Positions 7,651-17,019 of a stretch of DNA of 57,525 nucleotides are shown here, one piece after another (the first letter of the stretch is position 1; the number at the start of each line of letters is the position of its first letter). The notes under the pieces are model-generated. The model saw nothing but the letters and a program-made list of their open reading frames with translations, was not told the DNA's origin and made no database searches. The position numbers were made by a program, and so were the translations under genes. The stretch comes from Ignavibacteria bacterium (lineage in GTDB: Bacteria; Bacteroidota; Ignavibacteria; Tepidaquicellales; OLB5), in contig JBEKSX010000003.1 of assembly GCA_049516635.1 (NCBI GenBank), positions 1 to 57,525 on the forward strand, written 5' to 3'.

Positions 7651-9807
7651 TCACTTATTCAAAATGAACTTCTTCGTATCCAACCTGCTGCCGTCGGATA
7701 TCAATGAATAGAAATACACACCGCTTGCAATATTATCTCCGGAAAAATTAACCGTGTATGTTCCCGGTGCCTGATCACCGTTCACGAGAGTCCTCACTTC
7801 GCGTCCCACTACATCATAGACTTTTATCTGAATGTAAGACAGCTTGCCGACATTATACTTTATGGTTGTACTCGGATTAAAAGGGTTCGGATAATTTTGC
7901 TTTAGCTCGAACTGTTTCGGTATTTCGCTCGATATTTGTGAAACAGCTGTAACCACGTTATAATTTACTATCAATTTGTAAACACCGTTGCCGTGCTGTA
8001 TGAACAAATTGCCCCTGTCATAGAACAGCATGCCCGCTTCAGGTGAGCTAGGTGAATTGGATGAAGTGAAAGATGCTCCGCCATCGGTTGAAAAATAAAT
8101 GGTAGACCCGTACGTACCGTAACCCATAACGGAAGGATCATCTTTAGCTATATCGCCTGCCCAGCAATTTCCTGTACCCGTCATTTGTGTAAAGTTCTGC
8201 CATTGATCTGTCGTTTTCCAGACACCTCCGGAGCTCCATGTAGTATGAATAGCAAGATTTTGATCATGCGCCGATATTCCTATCATGGGAATCTCCGAAC
8301 CTGAAACGGTATGTATGAGTGTCCAGTTCATCCCGGCATCAGTGGATTTTAGGAATTGACCGCTGCCTGAGCCGGTAATACCGTCACCGCAGTACATAAC
8401 ATTAGAGTTACGATAGACCACGGCGAAATCGCATGGGCTGCTGAATACATGGGTGCTCCAGTTTGACCACGTTAGCCCGAAATCTGTTGAACGAAGCAGT
8501 ATGCTGTTATCCGGACCAAGAAAAACAGTATCAGGATTGTTCTGGTTCATCTCCATCGGCATGCCGTATGAAGTCAGCTGACCCGGTCCCCACGTTATAG
8601 CCCAGTTCTGACCGTAGTCGGTGCTTCTGTATACATGTCCGCCTGCGCTTCCGACTGAAGCCAGCATCTTATTCGTATCATTGGGTGAAACATAAAAAGA
8701 ATGTGCGGGAGATGAGGGCAGGGTACCAATCAATGTCCAGTTCTCGCCTTTGTTAAGACTCCGGTATATCTGGCTGCCCATTGCTATAAAGATACCGTTT
8801 TTATTATGCGGGTGCAGACAAAATCCGTTCCCTATGTTTCCAGAACCCGCTTGCTTCTGAGCCCATGAAAATGTAACTGTGGTGTTTTGAGGCAAAATCC
8901 ATGTTGAACCTCCGTCGGTTGTTCGTATGACAGCATTATTAAGAGAGCTTACAGCCCATCCGTGATTACTGTCATAAAAATAGATAGAAACCAGATTAGC
9001 CATCATTGGGTTTGTCTGGAATAAAAATGTTGAGCCTCCATTGGTAGATTTCCTGATGAATCCTCCTCCGCCCACCGAGTAATATGTATTAGCATCCAGC
9101 ATGAAAACAGATTCAATATCTGATTTTGTGTCGATGTAGTAATCTATGACACTCCACGAAGTGCCGTTATCGGTTGATCTTATTGCAATACCGTCTGCTG
9201 CCCCCGCAATTATTGTATTCGATTTTCTATTGATAGAAAGAAGATCTTTAGTTACAGGTGTAGTATATTGCAGCCAGTTTGTGCCTCCATTGGTTGTATA
9301 GAGAATGGTTCCTCCTGTCCCGCACGCTATGCCGTTTGTACTGCTTGAAAGTTTTATCGATTTTAAGCTGGAGGTTACAGGGGTAGTTTGAGGGCTCCAG
9401 TTTAAACCTCCGTTCGATGTTCTCAAAATAGAACCGTTATCGCCTGCGATCCAGCCGTTATTTGCATCTGTAAAAAATACTGAATTAAGGTTCATACTAC
9501 CGGCTAAGAGGGTTTGATTGCTCCATGTAACACCGTTGTTAGACGAGAAATAAAACTGACCGCTGCTGCCTGTTATCCATATAGATTGATTCATTGCAAA
9601 GACACAGTTGAGATTGCTAAAACCAAGGGAATAACTGCTCCAGGTATTTCCCCCGTCTCCCGACCGGAATAAATTACCGCTCACTCCAACAGCTACAACA
9701 TCGCTTCCATCCTTTGAGTAAACGCTATTGAAGCCCTGAGAGAATGTTATTGCAGATAGAGTAAACAGTGTAATAACTGTGCAAATTGATAAAATTTTTG
9801 CTATCAT
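7651..9807 (-). CDS. secreted YCF48/BNR-repeat beta-propeller protein with T9SS sorting domain
   Basis: Signal peptide; many T/SxxGGxxW repeats; QNYPNPFNP CTD. Confidence 0.85.
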   Translation of the reverse strand: MIAKILSICTVITLFTLSAITFSQGFNSVYSKDGSDVVAVGVSGNLFRSGDGGNTWSSYSLGFSNLNCVFAMNQSIWITGSSGQFYFSSNNGVTWSNQTLLAGSMNLNSVFFTDANNGWIAGDNGSILRTSNGGLNWSPQTTPVTSSLKSIKLSSSTNGIACGTGGTILYTTNGGTNWLQYTTPVTKDLLSINRKSNTIIAGAADGIAIRSTDNGTSWSVIDYYIDTKSDIESVFMLDANTYYSVGGGGFIRKSTNGGSTFLFQTNPMMANLVSIYFYDSNHGWAVSSLNNAVIRTTDGGSTWILPQNTTVTFSWAQKQAGSGNIGNGFCLHPHNKNGIFIAMGSQIYRSLNKGENWTLIGTLPSSPAHSFYVSPNDTNKMLASVGSAGGHVYRSTDYGQNWAITWGPGQLTSYGMPMEMNQNNPDTVFLGPDNSILLRSTDFGLTWSNWSTHVFSSPCDFAVVYRNSNVMYCGDGITGSGSGQFLKSTDAGMNWTLIHTVSGSEIPMIGISAHDQNLAIHTTWSSGGVWKTTDQWQNFTQMTGTGNCWAGDIAKDDPSVMGYGTYGSTIYFSTDGGASFTSSNSPSSPEAGMLFYDRGNLFIQHGNGVYKLIVNYNVVTAVSQISSEIPKQFELKQNYPNPFNPSTTIKYNVGKLSYIQIKVYDVVGREVRTLVNGDQAPGTYTVNFSGDNIASGVYFYSLISDGSRLDTKKFILNK

Positions 9808-10001
9808 ATTAAATGTTTTGATTTAGATATTTTGTAATATTATTGCTTAATTCATTAATTATTAATCCGGAATTGAAGAACTGGTTTACGTATAGATATA
9901 CTCCCCTTATTGTTAATAAATAACATCATTTATGAATTTATAGTTCTATGCGAATTGCATATTTTACAGAATAATAAGCCTATTAATTTAGCTTTTTAAT
10001 C

Positions 10002-10760
10002 ATGCATTTGAGGAAGATATACTTCACTAACAGACGGGGCTATATACTGGCTTCTGCGCTTGACCTGCCCGATAAGGGTAACGCCGGAACGTTCGCAATG
10101 CTTGTGCCATGCTTTACCTGTACAAAGGACCTAAAAGCGATGGTGAATATCAGCTCGGCTTTGACCGATGAAGGTATTGCGGTTTTCAGGTTCGATTTCA
10201 CGGGATTAGGAGAAAGTGAGGGAAATTTTACGGATATGAATTATTCGAAGATGCTGGAGGATATGGTGGATGCAGCGGAATATTTGAAGAATAATTTCGG
10301 CGAACCGAAACTGCTTGCCGGTCATTCTCTTGGCGGGTGTATTGTTCTGGAAACAGCTAATTCGATACCATCGGTCAAAGCTGTTGTTACAATAGCATCC
10401 CCTTCGGAGCCCTCGAATCTTTCCGGGAAGCTTCCGAAAACAAGGCAGAAAGCATTGCGTGATGGTATTGCTGAAACGGAAATCGGAGGTGTGAAATTTA
10501 AATTAACGAGGGATTTTTTTGAGGACATCGAGAGCCATCATCTTGAACCGTTCATAAGAAAATTAAAAAAGCCCCTTCTCGTAATGCATTCTCCGGCTGA
10601 TACTTACGGCTCCATTGAGAACGGATTAAATATTTTTGAAACTGCGGGACAGCCTAAAAGCTTTATCTCACTGGATAATATAGATCATCTAATGCTGAAT
10701 AAGGTTGATGCCCGCTATGTGGGAAAATTGATAGCGGTTTGGGCAAAGAAGTATTTATGA
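10002..10760 (+). CDS. alpha/beta hydrolase (hydrolase half of the hydrolase-OsmC family)
   Basis: CFTC, RFDFTGLGESEG, GHSLGG nucleophile elbow, HSPAD, DHL; no OsmC domain. Confidence 0.85.
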   Translation: MHLRKIYFTNRRGYILASALDLPDKGNAGTFAMLVPCFTCTKDLKAMVNISSALTDEGIAVFRFDFTGLGESEGNFTDMNYSKMLEDMVDAAEYLKNNFGEPKLLAGHSLGGCIVLETANSIPSVKAVVTIASPSEPSNLSGKLPKTRQKALRDGIAETEIGGVKFKLTRDFFEDIESHHLEPFIRKLKKPLLVMHSPADTYGSIENGLNIFETAGQPKSFISLDNIDHLMLNKVDARYVGKLIAVWAKKYL

Positions 10761-12287
10761 TCAATAAGTCTTAAGCTCGCCTATCTCATTTTCGACAGCG
10801 GTTAATATCGCCCTGCATTTTACTGCTTCCATCATTTTATTGTGGTCTTTATACAACGGTCTGTCTTCTTCCAGATGTTCTACATACTGCCTTACAGTTC
10901 TATGGGCGGCTTGTGTTCCGTTGCCGAATTTGTACTGTCTGAAGTCGAGAGCCTGTGCCGCTGCTATGAACTCTATTCCGAGTATTCCGTAAGCATTGTC
11001 GAGTATTTGTCTTGTCTTAAGAGCTGTGTTCATACCCATACTGACAAAATCCTCCTGGTCTGCTGCCGCGGGTATGGATTGTATGGATGCGGGAACTGAT
11101 AATATTCTCTGCTCCACTATCATCATATCTGCTGTGTACTGGCTGAGCATATGACCTGAGTACATTCCCGCACCTTTGGTCAGGAATGCAGGAAGTCCAA
11201 CACTAAGCGCCGGGTTCATCAAACGGTTCAGCCGTCTTTCGGAAATAACGCACACCATAGTAATTGCTGCTCCGAGCATATCAAGAGGAACACTGATAGG
11301 GGAGCCCTGAAAATTAGCACCTGTTAGAACAATGCCGTCTTCCGCAAGGAAGATAGGGTTGTCCGCAACACCGTTAAGCTCAATCTCAATCTGTTCTCTC
11401 GTCCATCTCAGCTGGTCCCTTGCAGCGCCGATCACCTGCGGGGTCGAACGCATACTGTATGCATCCTGAACTTTAACTTTCACTTTTCCAAGGAGGTCCG
11501 AACCTTCAATGACCCTTTTAATATTTTCAGCGGAGGTAACTGCTCCCCGAAAGCCTCTTAATTTGTGCAGTCTTGCATCATAAGGTTTCATATTAGCCAT
11601 TAATGCTTCCAGTGTCATTGCAGAGGCGATCTCTGCCTGTTTAAGCAGTCTTTCCGTTTCGTAAATCTGAATGCAAGCCATACCTGTCATAAGGTTGCTG
11701 CCGTTTATCGCTGCAAGCCCATCTCTTGCTTTAAGGCCGGGGATTTTTATACCGGCTTTTTCCATAGCGGTCTTTCCGGGCAATCTCTCGCCTTTATAAA
11801 ATGCTTCACCTTCGCCTAAGAGCAGAAGAGCCATCTGGCTCATAGGGGCAAGGTCTCCGCTTGCACCAACACTGCCTTTGCTGCAGACTACGGGCGTAAC
11901 TCCTTTATTAAGCATTTCTACCAATGTTTCGGTTATAACCGGTCTGCATCCGGAGTACCCTTTTGCGTGAACATTGACCCTGGAAAGCATCGCTGCCCGT
12001 ATGTGTTCTATCGGTGCAGGTTCGCCGATGCCAGCCGCATGATTGTAGATAAGGTATTTTTGAAAGTCTTTTACCTGTTCGTCGGTAAGCACGATCTCGG
12101 AGAATTCGCCGATGCCCGTGTTGACACCGTACATTATCTCTCTTTGCTCTATTTTCTTTTCAATGAAAGACCTGCAATTTTTTAATCTTTCAATAGCTTC
12201 CGGGTGCAGTTCTACTTTCTCGTTATTGAGAGCAACGTTATATACATCCTCTATAGTTAAATTATTTCCTGTGATAATTACTGGCAT
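10761..12287 (-). CDS. MIO-dependent aromatic amino acid ammonia-lyase/aminomutase (HAL-like)
   Basis: GSVGASGDLAP (MIO-forming ASG), YGVNTG, QDAYSMR, DNP, GANF, QEDFVSMG. Confidence 0.9.
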   Translation of the reverse strand: MPVIITGNNLTIEDVYNVALNNEKVELHPEAIERLKNCRSFIEKKIEQREIMYGVNTGIGEFSEIVLTDEQVKDFQKYLIYNHAAGIGEPAPIEHIRAAMLSRVNVHAKGYSGCRPVITETLVEMLNKGVTPVVCSKGSVGASGDLAPMSQMALLLLGEGEAFYKGERLPGKTAMEKAGIKIPGLKARDGLAAINGSNLMTGMACIQIYETERLLKQAEIASAMTLEALMANMKPYDARLHKLRGFRGAVTSAENIKRVIEGSDLLGKVKVKVQDAYSMRSTPQVIGAARDQLRWTREQIEIELNGVADNPIFLAEDGIVLTGANFQGSPISVPLDMLGAAITMVCVISERRLNRLMNPALSVGLPAFLTKGAGMYSGHMLSQYTADMMIVEQRILSVPASIQSIPAAADQEDFVSMGMNTALKTRQILDNAYGILGIEFIAAAQALDFRQYKFGNGTQAAHRTVRQYVEHLEEDRPLYKDHNKMMEAVKCRAILTAVENEIGELKTY

Positions 12288-12416
12288 ATTTACTTTCTGT
12301 TATTTATTAATCTGTGAGTATTCACAAATATAACAACTGCAAAATTTTAATTAAATGACTAAGGGATGAAATGATGTATGAATGTATAAATATCGTACTA
12401 ATATTAATCCGTAGTA

Positions 12417-13928
12417 CTAATTCGAGTTAATATGATACCCGTTTTTATTGTTGGGTGTTGGTTCCATTTCAGAAATTTTTTCGAGAAGCCAGCCGCGGAA
12501 AGAAAGCAATTTTGTGGACGAGATCTCTTCTTTCAGTTCATCGAGGGCCATCGTTTCAGTCTTTGTTTTTATTTTTATGAGCTTACCTGTAAAACCTATA
12601 AAGTTGTAGTACTGCTCGTAAAGATCTTCAGGTATTTGTTTTGTTTTGGAAAGAAAATGTTTATATGAATCAATTATTGATAAGGCAGGTTCGATATCAT
12701 CAAGATCATAATAGATCCTTAATAGGATGTTCTTGATCCTTGTCATGTAGAAAAAGTCTTCACTCTTTACTTTAGCAAGACAATTAAGAGCGATATTATA
12801 GAATTTCGATCTTTGTCCGGGATTTTCCCTGCCTTTTACAAAGTTCAGGTCGGCGTAACTGTAAAGGAATGCATTATTCCGCTGATCAGGAGGGATCCTG
12901 TTTTTATATTCATGGATGAAATTTTCCGCCCAGATCAATTCTTTTTCAAGCAGGCCGGCTGAGATAAGATTTATATAAGTGTGCGCGCTCATTTGTCCGT
13001 CCTTCATGTAGAATATACCGTCGCTGAGCATATCATTCAACAGCTTGAAGCTCTTCATTCCGTAACTTTTATTTCCCTCGGCTCTTTTTTGCTTATAATA
13101 ATTGTAAAGCTCAAGCATGAAGTTACGGTAATCGTTCTTGCTCAGATAAGTCTTATTAGTATTCACCAACGTTTCAAGTTCCTCTTCGAAAGGCCCTTCC
13201 TGCGGGTTCCAGTAAAGCAAGAGAAACCTGTGCAAAATATCTATCAATAATATTTCCTTATATTCCTTTTTGTGCCTCGAGATGTGATCCATGATCTCAT
13301 CAAAAAAGAAATACCGGTATTCAAATTTGATAAGACCTTCGGTATTGGACATATCGAAGTATTCCTTCAGCATCGTGATGAAGAAATGATACATAAAATT
13401 GATAACGGCATTTTTTTTCTGGATAAATAATGGTTGTGATTTACCGATAGGAGTTCTTGAAGAATAAAATTCAAATTTTATGTTCTCGAGTATGTTGCGT
13501 TTAAGATAATAACTTTCATCTTTTACTTTTTCCTGCTCAAGCAGCTTAAAAGCCCGCTCAAGATATTTTTCGAAGAATTTATCAAGATTCCTTATGCTGT
13601 ATTGATTCAGCAGCCGCTTATCGTATTCGGAAGAATCCCGTCTGAAGTCGGAATATACAAGGAAGTCTTCGGCAAGCGAGATCATTTCCGAGTATAGATT
13701 GTGTAAATATCCGGGATTATATTTTCGGCCGGGGTAAAGTTTTTCAGCGATAGCTTCTGGTTTTAATGAATATGATTTGAATTTGGGATAATATTTTCTA
13801 AAAATGTCATACAGTTGATCGATCTTACGGTTTGAATTGAGGTAGGGTGAGGCAACAAATTTTCCGAATTCTTTAAACTCATCGGCTGAAAATGATTTCA
13901 ATATCTGAATTAACTTTGTGTTAATCAC
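12417..13928 (-). CDS. uncharacterised protein, N-terminal wHTH-like region plus helical (TPR-like) repeats; putative regulator
   Basis: 503 aa ORF, GTG start; KLIQILKSFS..EFKEFGKFVASPY N-terminus, KLYPGRKYN..YLHNLYSE helix; all-alpha C-terminus. Confidence 0.7.
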   Translation of the reverse strand: MINTKLIQILKSFSADEFKEFGKFVASPYLNSNRKIDQLYDIFRKYYPKFKSYSLKPEAIAEKLYPGRKYNPGYLHNLYSEMISLAEDFLVYSDFRRDSSEYDKRLLNQYSIRNLDKFFEKYLERAFKLLEQEKVKDESYYLKRNILENIKFEFYSSRTPIGKSQPLFIQKKNAVINFMYHFFITMLKEYFDMSNTEGLIKFEYRYFFFDEIMDHISRHKKEYKEILLIDILHRFLLLYWNPQEGPFEEELETLVNTNKTYLSKNDYRNFMLELYNYYKQKRAEGNKSYGMKSFKLLNDMLSDGIFYMKDGQMSAHTYINLISAGLLEKELIWAENFIHEYKNRIPPDQRNNAFLYSYADLNFVKGRENPGQRSKFYNIALNCLAKVKSEDFFYMTRIKNILLRIYYDLDDIEPALSIIDSYKHFLSKTKQIPEDLYEQYYNFIGFTGKLIKIKTKTETMALDELKEEISSTKLLSFRGWLLEKISEMEPTPNNKNGYHINSN

Positions 13929-14090
13929 TTATTTTATATGAATTTCAGTCCAAAATATGCGTAAAATATCATGAGTTTGTATTTTCAAAATAATTAAAAA
14001 ATGTTTAAAAATCAATTTTAAACTCAATATTTTTATGATATAGTGATTTTTGCACCTTTAAAAAAGTGTGAAAACTAAGATAATTTGTCT

Positions 14091-14120
14091 TTGACATCAG
14101 GGGCAGAAATATATATTTTG
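14091..14120 (+). promoter_or_regulatory. sigma70-type promoter TTGACA-N17-TATTTTG
   Basis: Perfect -35 hexamer with 17-nt spacer in the divergent intergenic region. Confidence 0.55.
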
Positions 14121-14347
14121 GTAGTGTAATTATTGAAATACCGAGGAGGCAAATTTAAAGAAATACAATTCAGCGAGCTAAAGTTCAAATTCAATTTAGG
14201 AGAAGAAAGATGTCTTTTTATGTAAAAAATTTTATAGCGGGAACAAAGAGCGAATAATTTGACTCTGGAACGGCAATTATTTCTCTTTTTTCTTACCCGC
14301 TCCTTTATAATTAATTAATTTATTGAAAAAATAAAAAGGAATATTCA

Positions 14348-14539
14348 ATGCCTACTTTAAAAAAATTCGTCTGCTTTGGCTTTAATCCGGATGTTGGTCC
14401 GACATGTCCGTGTATTGTAATTCACGAAGAAGGACCCATAATAGATGTAGTAGTATATCACGAGGTTAAAGAACATGAAGAAACGGACACCCCACAGTTA
14501 AGGAAAAGAATTGCAAGTTATCTGGTCAATGCAGACTAA
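14348..14539 (+). CDS. small metal-binding protein, DUF1059-like
   Basis: AAGGA RBS; C-x10-C, H-x4-H (HEVKEH), TPQLRKRI tail. Confidence 0.55.
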   Translation: MPTLKKFVCFGFNPDVGPTCPCIVIHEEGPIIDVVVYHEVKEHEETDTPQLRKRIASYLVNAD

Positions 14540-14707
14540 TTAGCACAGATTCATTGTTGATTTTTTTGTCCTGATTCATAAGTCAGAGACAGTGAAAATG
14601 ATATTCGATTTCAGGTGAGAGTATTGTTGCCGGTTTAATTTTATCAGATTATCATTTATCCGCAACGAACATAAAATATTAAAAAAATTTTGAAGGTGGT
14701 AAATGAA

Positions 14708-14953
14708 ATGAATTCGGGTAACATTCTTCAAAAAATAAAATATAAAATTCAACGGAACCCGATGTACGGATGGGAATTTAAACATGCGGGTTCGGAGCAC
14801 GTAATTAAGTATGATTCTGATCATAACTCTCTTCGTATTTATGCAGAGAGTTATTGCAGAACCCACAGATGCGACCTTGCGATATATAATTACATAGGTG
14901 AAGTGGAGGATCTTATTACGTTCGAGGGATTAAAGATCGATTCCTTCGGTTAA
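14708..14953 (+). CDS. small protein, DUF2188-like
   Basis: Likely ATG at 14708; GWEFKHAGS ... LAIYNYIGEV pattern resembles W.VK.EG ... L.IH..DG.I. Confidence 0.5.
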   Translation: MNSGNILQKIKYKIQRNPMYGWEFKHAGSEHVIKYDSDHNSLRIYAESYCRTHRCDLAIYNYIGEVEDLITFEGLKIDSFG

Positions 14954-15090
14954 TAAAATTACTGATACTGGACTGAATAGTCGGCCTGTTTTCGAAAGCC
15001 GGATTCCCGCAGTCGTGCTGAAAACGGGATCGCTCTTCCGATCATTGCTTCTGAATTAAATAAAATTCATTTAAACGGAGGTCAGATAAC

Positions 15091-16767
15091 GTGGATACTT
15101 TTGAAAATATTTATCAGCCGTCAAATTCCAAAGACGGTTTATTTGTAAGAGCTTACAGAGGTGACGGTATGGTATTGCTTGCCTTTGATGTTTCGGGGAA
15201 ACCCACAAATAATTTTGCAGGATTTTCCGTCAAGTGTTTTCCTCCCCAGGGCGAGCCGTATCTCCTGAAGAACAGGTTAAGCTTCGAACAGAAGATCACT
15301 TCGAAAACGAAACCCGAAAACAGGATCTGGACACCTTCAGATAAAGCTCCATTTCAGAAATACCGCTGGCTTGATGTCCCGTCTGATCTTCATCCAGGAA
15401 AGTATAGGTATGAGGTAGGAGCTGTGTATTTCAAAAATAATAACGATCTTCAGAGCGGGGAAACCGTAGATGTAGAGATTGACATGTCACATATTAAACA
15501 TGATAATTTTGATATCGGATTTACAAGAGGTTACATTTCTTCACAGGCATATAAAGATAAGTTTAACAACGAACCGATAGTACCTAAGAATAAAACCGTG
15601 GATTTCGATACCGATCCATATAGGGATAAATACGAATGGCTGGGTTTCAATGCACGAAAGATGATATTTGAATTTCTTGAGGAATGCAAAGGCGATGACA
15701 TGACGGTTGATGCTTTTGTATATGATTTTGATGAGCCTGATATTATAAGGTCTCTAGCAGCCTTAGGACCCAGGTTAAGAATTATTATGGACAATGCCAA
15801 ACTTCATACTGACCCCAAAAAAAGTTTGGAGCTGAAAGCGAAAAAAATTCTTATTGAATCCGCCGGTGAAAAGAACTTGGTTACAGGTCACTTCTTGCGT
15901 TTTTCGCACGATAAAGTGTTCGTATTGAAGAAAAACGGACATCCGGTGAAGGTACTGACAGGTTCCGCAAATTTTTCAATAAGGGGCTTATATGTTCAGG
16001 CAAATAACGTAATAGTTATCAATGACGAATACGTAGCGTCTTTATACGAAATCGCTTTTGAACAGGCTTTTACTGACATGAAAGCCTTTAAAAGTTCCAG
16101 TATTTCAAGCAAGTGGTATGAAGTACGCCGGCCTGACCTGCCTCCTTTTATGGTGAGCTTTGCTCCTCATAAGAATGCCAATATTTCGCTGAAAACAGCA
16201 GCAGAAGAAATTAAGAAAGCTAATGATTCTGTAATGTATGCTATCATGGAAGTTAGCGGAAGCGGGAGTGTGCTGGATCAGATCAGGAACCTGGCAAAAA
16301 GGAAGAACATATTTACTTATGGTATTTCTCAGAGCACAAACGGAATAAAATTCTATAAAACTGGAAAGATGAACGGAATATTCACGGGTTTTGCATTTCT
16401 TAGTGAAAAGGTACCTCAACCGTTCCGAGCTGAGTGGGGGGGTGGTCCGGGTATGGTTATCCATCATAAATTTATAGTAATTGATTTTAATTCGACAGGC
16501 CCGGTGGTCTTTACCGGCTCATCTAACCTGGCAAAAGGGGGTGAAGAGAACAACGGGGATAATCTGCTAGCCATCTATGACAGAAGAATCGCAACAGCTT
16601 ATGGGGTAGAAGCTATGCGTCTCGTAGATCATTATAATTTCCGTTCTGTGATGAAAAAAGCTACCAGTTCCAAACCCTTAACGCTGACACGAGGTATATG
16701 GTGGGAAAAGTATTATGATCCATCCAATATTAACTGTAATGAAAGGATAATGCTTAGAAAGGGATAA
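15091..16767 (+). CDS. phospholipase D superfamily protein (two HxK motifs)
   Basis: HDKVFVLK..TGSANFS and HHKFIVID..TGSSNL; GGAGG RBS with GTG start; no signal peptide. Confidence 0.85.
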   Translation: MDTFENIYQPSNSKDGLFVRAYRGDGMVLLAFDVSGKPTNNFAGFSVKCFPPQGEPYLLKNRLSFEQKITSKTKPENRIWTPSDKAPFQKYRWLDVPSDLHPGKYRYEVGAVYFKNNNDLQSGETVDVEIDMSHIKHDNFDIGFTRGYISSQAYKDKFNNEPIVPKNKTVDFDTDPYRDKYEWLGFNARKMIFEFLEECKGDDMTVDAFVYDFDEPDIIRSLAALGPRLRIIMDNAKLHTDPKKSLELKAKKILIESAGEKNLVTGHFLRFSHDKVFVLKKNGHPVKVLTGSANFSIRGLYVQANNVIVINDEYVASLYEIAFEQAFTDMKAFKSSSISSKWYEVRRPDLPPFMVSFAPHKNANISLKTAAEEIKKANDSVMYAIMEVSGSGSVLDQIRNLAKRKNIFTYGISQSTNGIKFYKTGKMNGIFTGFAFLSEKVPQPFRAEWGGGPGMVIHHKFIVIDFNSTGPVVFTGSSNLAKGGEENNGDNLLAIYDRRIATAYGVEAMRLVDHYNFRSVMKKATSSKPLTLTRGIWWEKYYDPSNINCNERIMLRKG

Positions 16768-16875
16768 GTTCTACGGAAAAATTTAATTTTCAGCATTTAC
16801 CTGAATATTTTCGGGAAACCATATTAATTTTTTAATTTTATTAGTTCTGAATAATCACTATATTAAATACAGTTA

Positions 16876-16904
16876 TTGACAGTTTTTTATTTTTTTTGTA
16901 ATAT
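16876..16904 (+). promoter_or_regulatory. sigma70-type promoter TTGACA-N17-TAATAT
   Basis: Consensus spacing, about 115 nt upstream of the 17020 start. Confidence 0.55.
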
Positions 16905-17019
16905 TATATCGGTAATTGAAATATTTAGCTATTTCCTTACCTATCTTTACTAAATCGGGGTATAAAATCATAAAAAGAAGTAGAACAATGAGAAATCTGT
17001 AAATTTCGGGAGAGTACTG

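Noticed and set aside
14143-14200. c-di-GMP-I riboswitch (GGCAAA..GAAA..)
   Set aside because: No paired stem around GAAA and no GACGCAAAG-like junction
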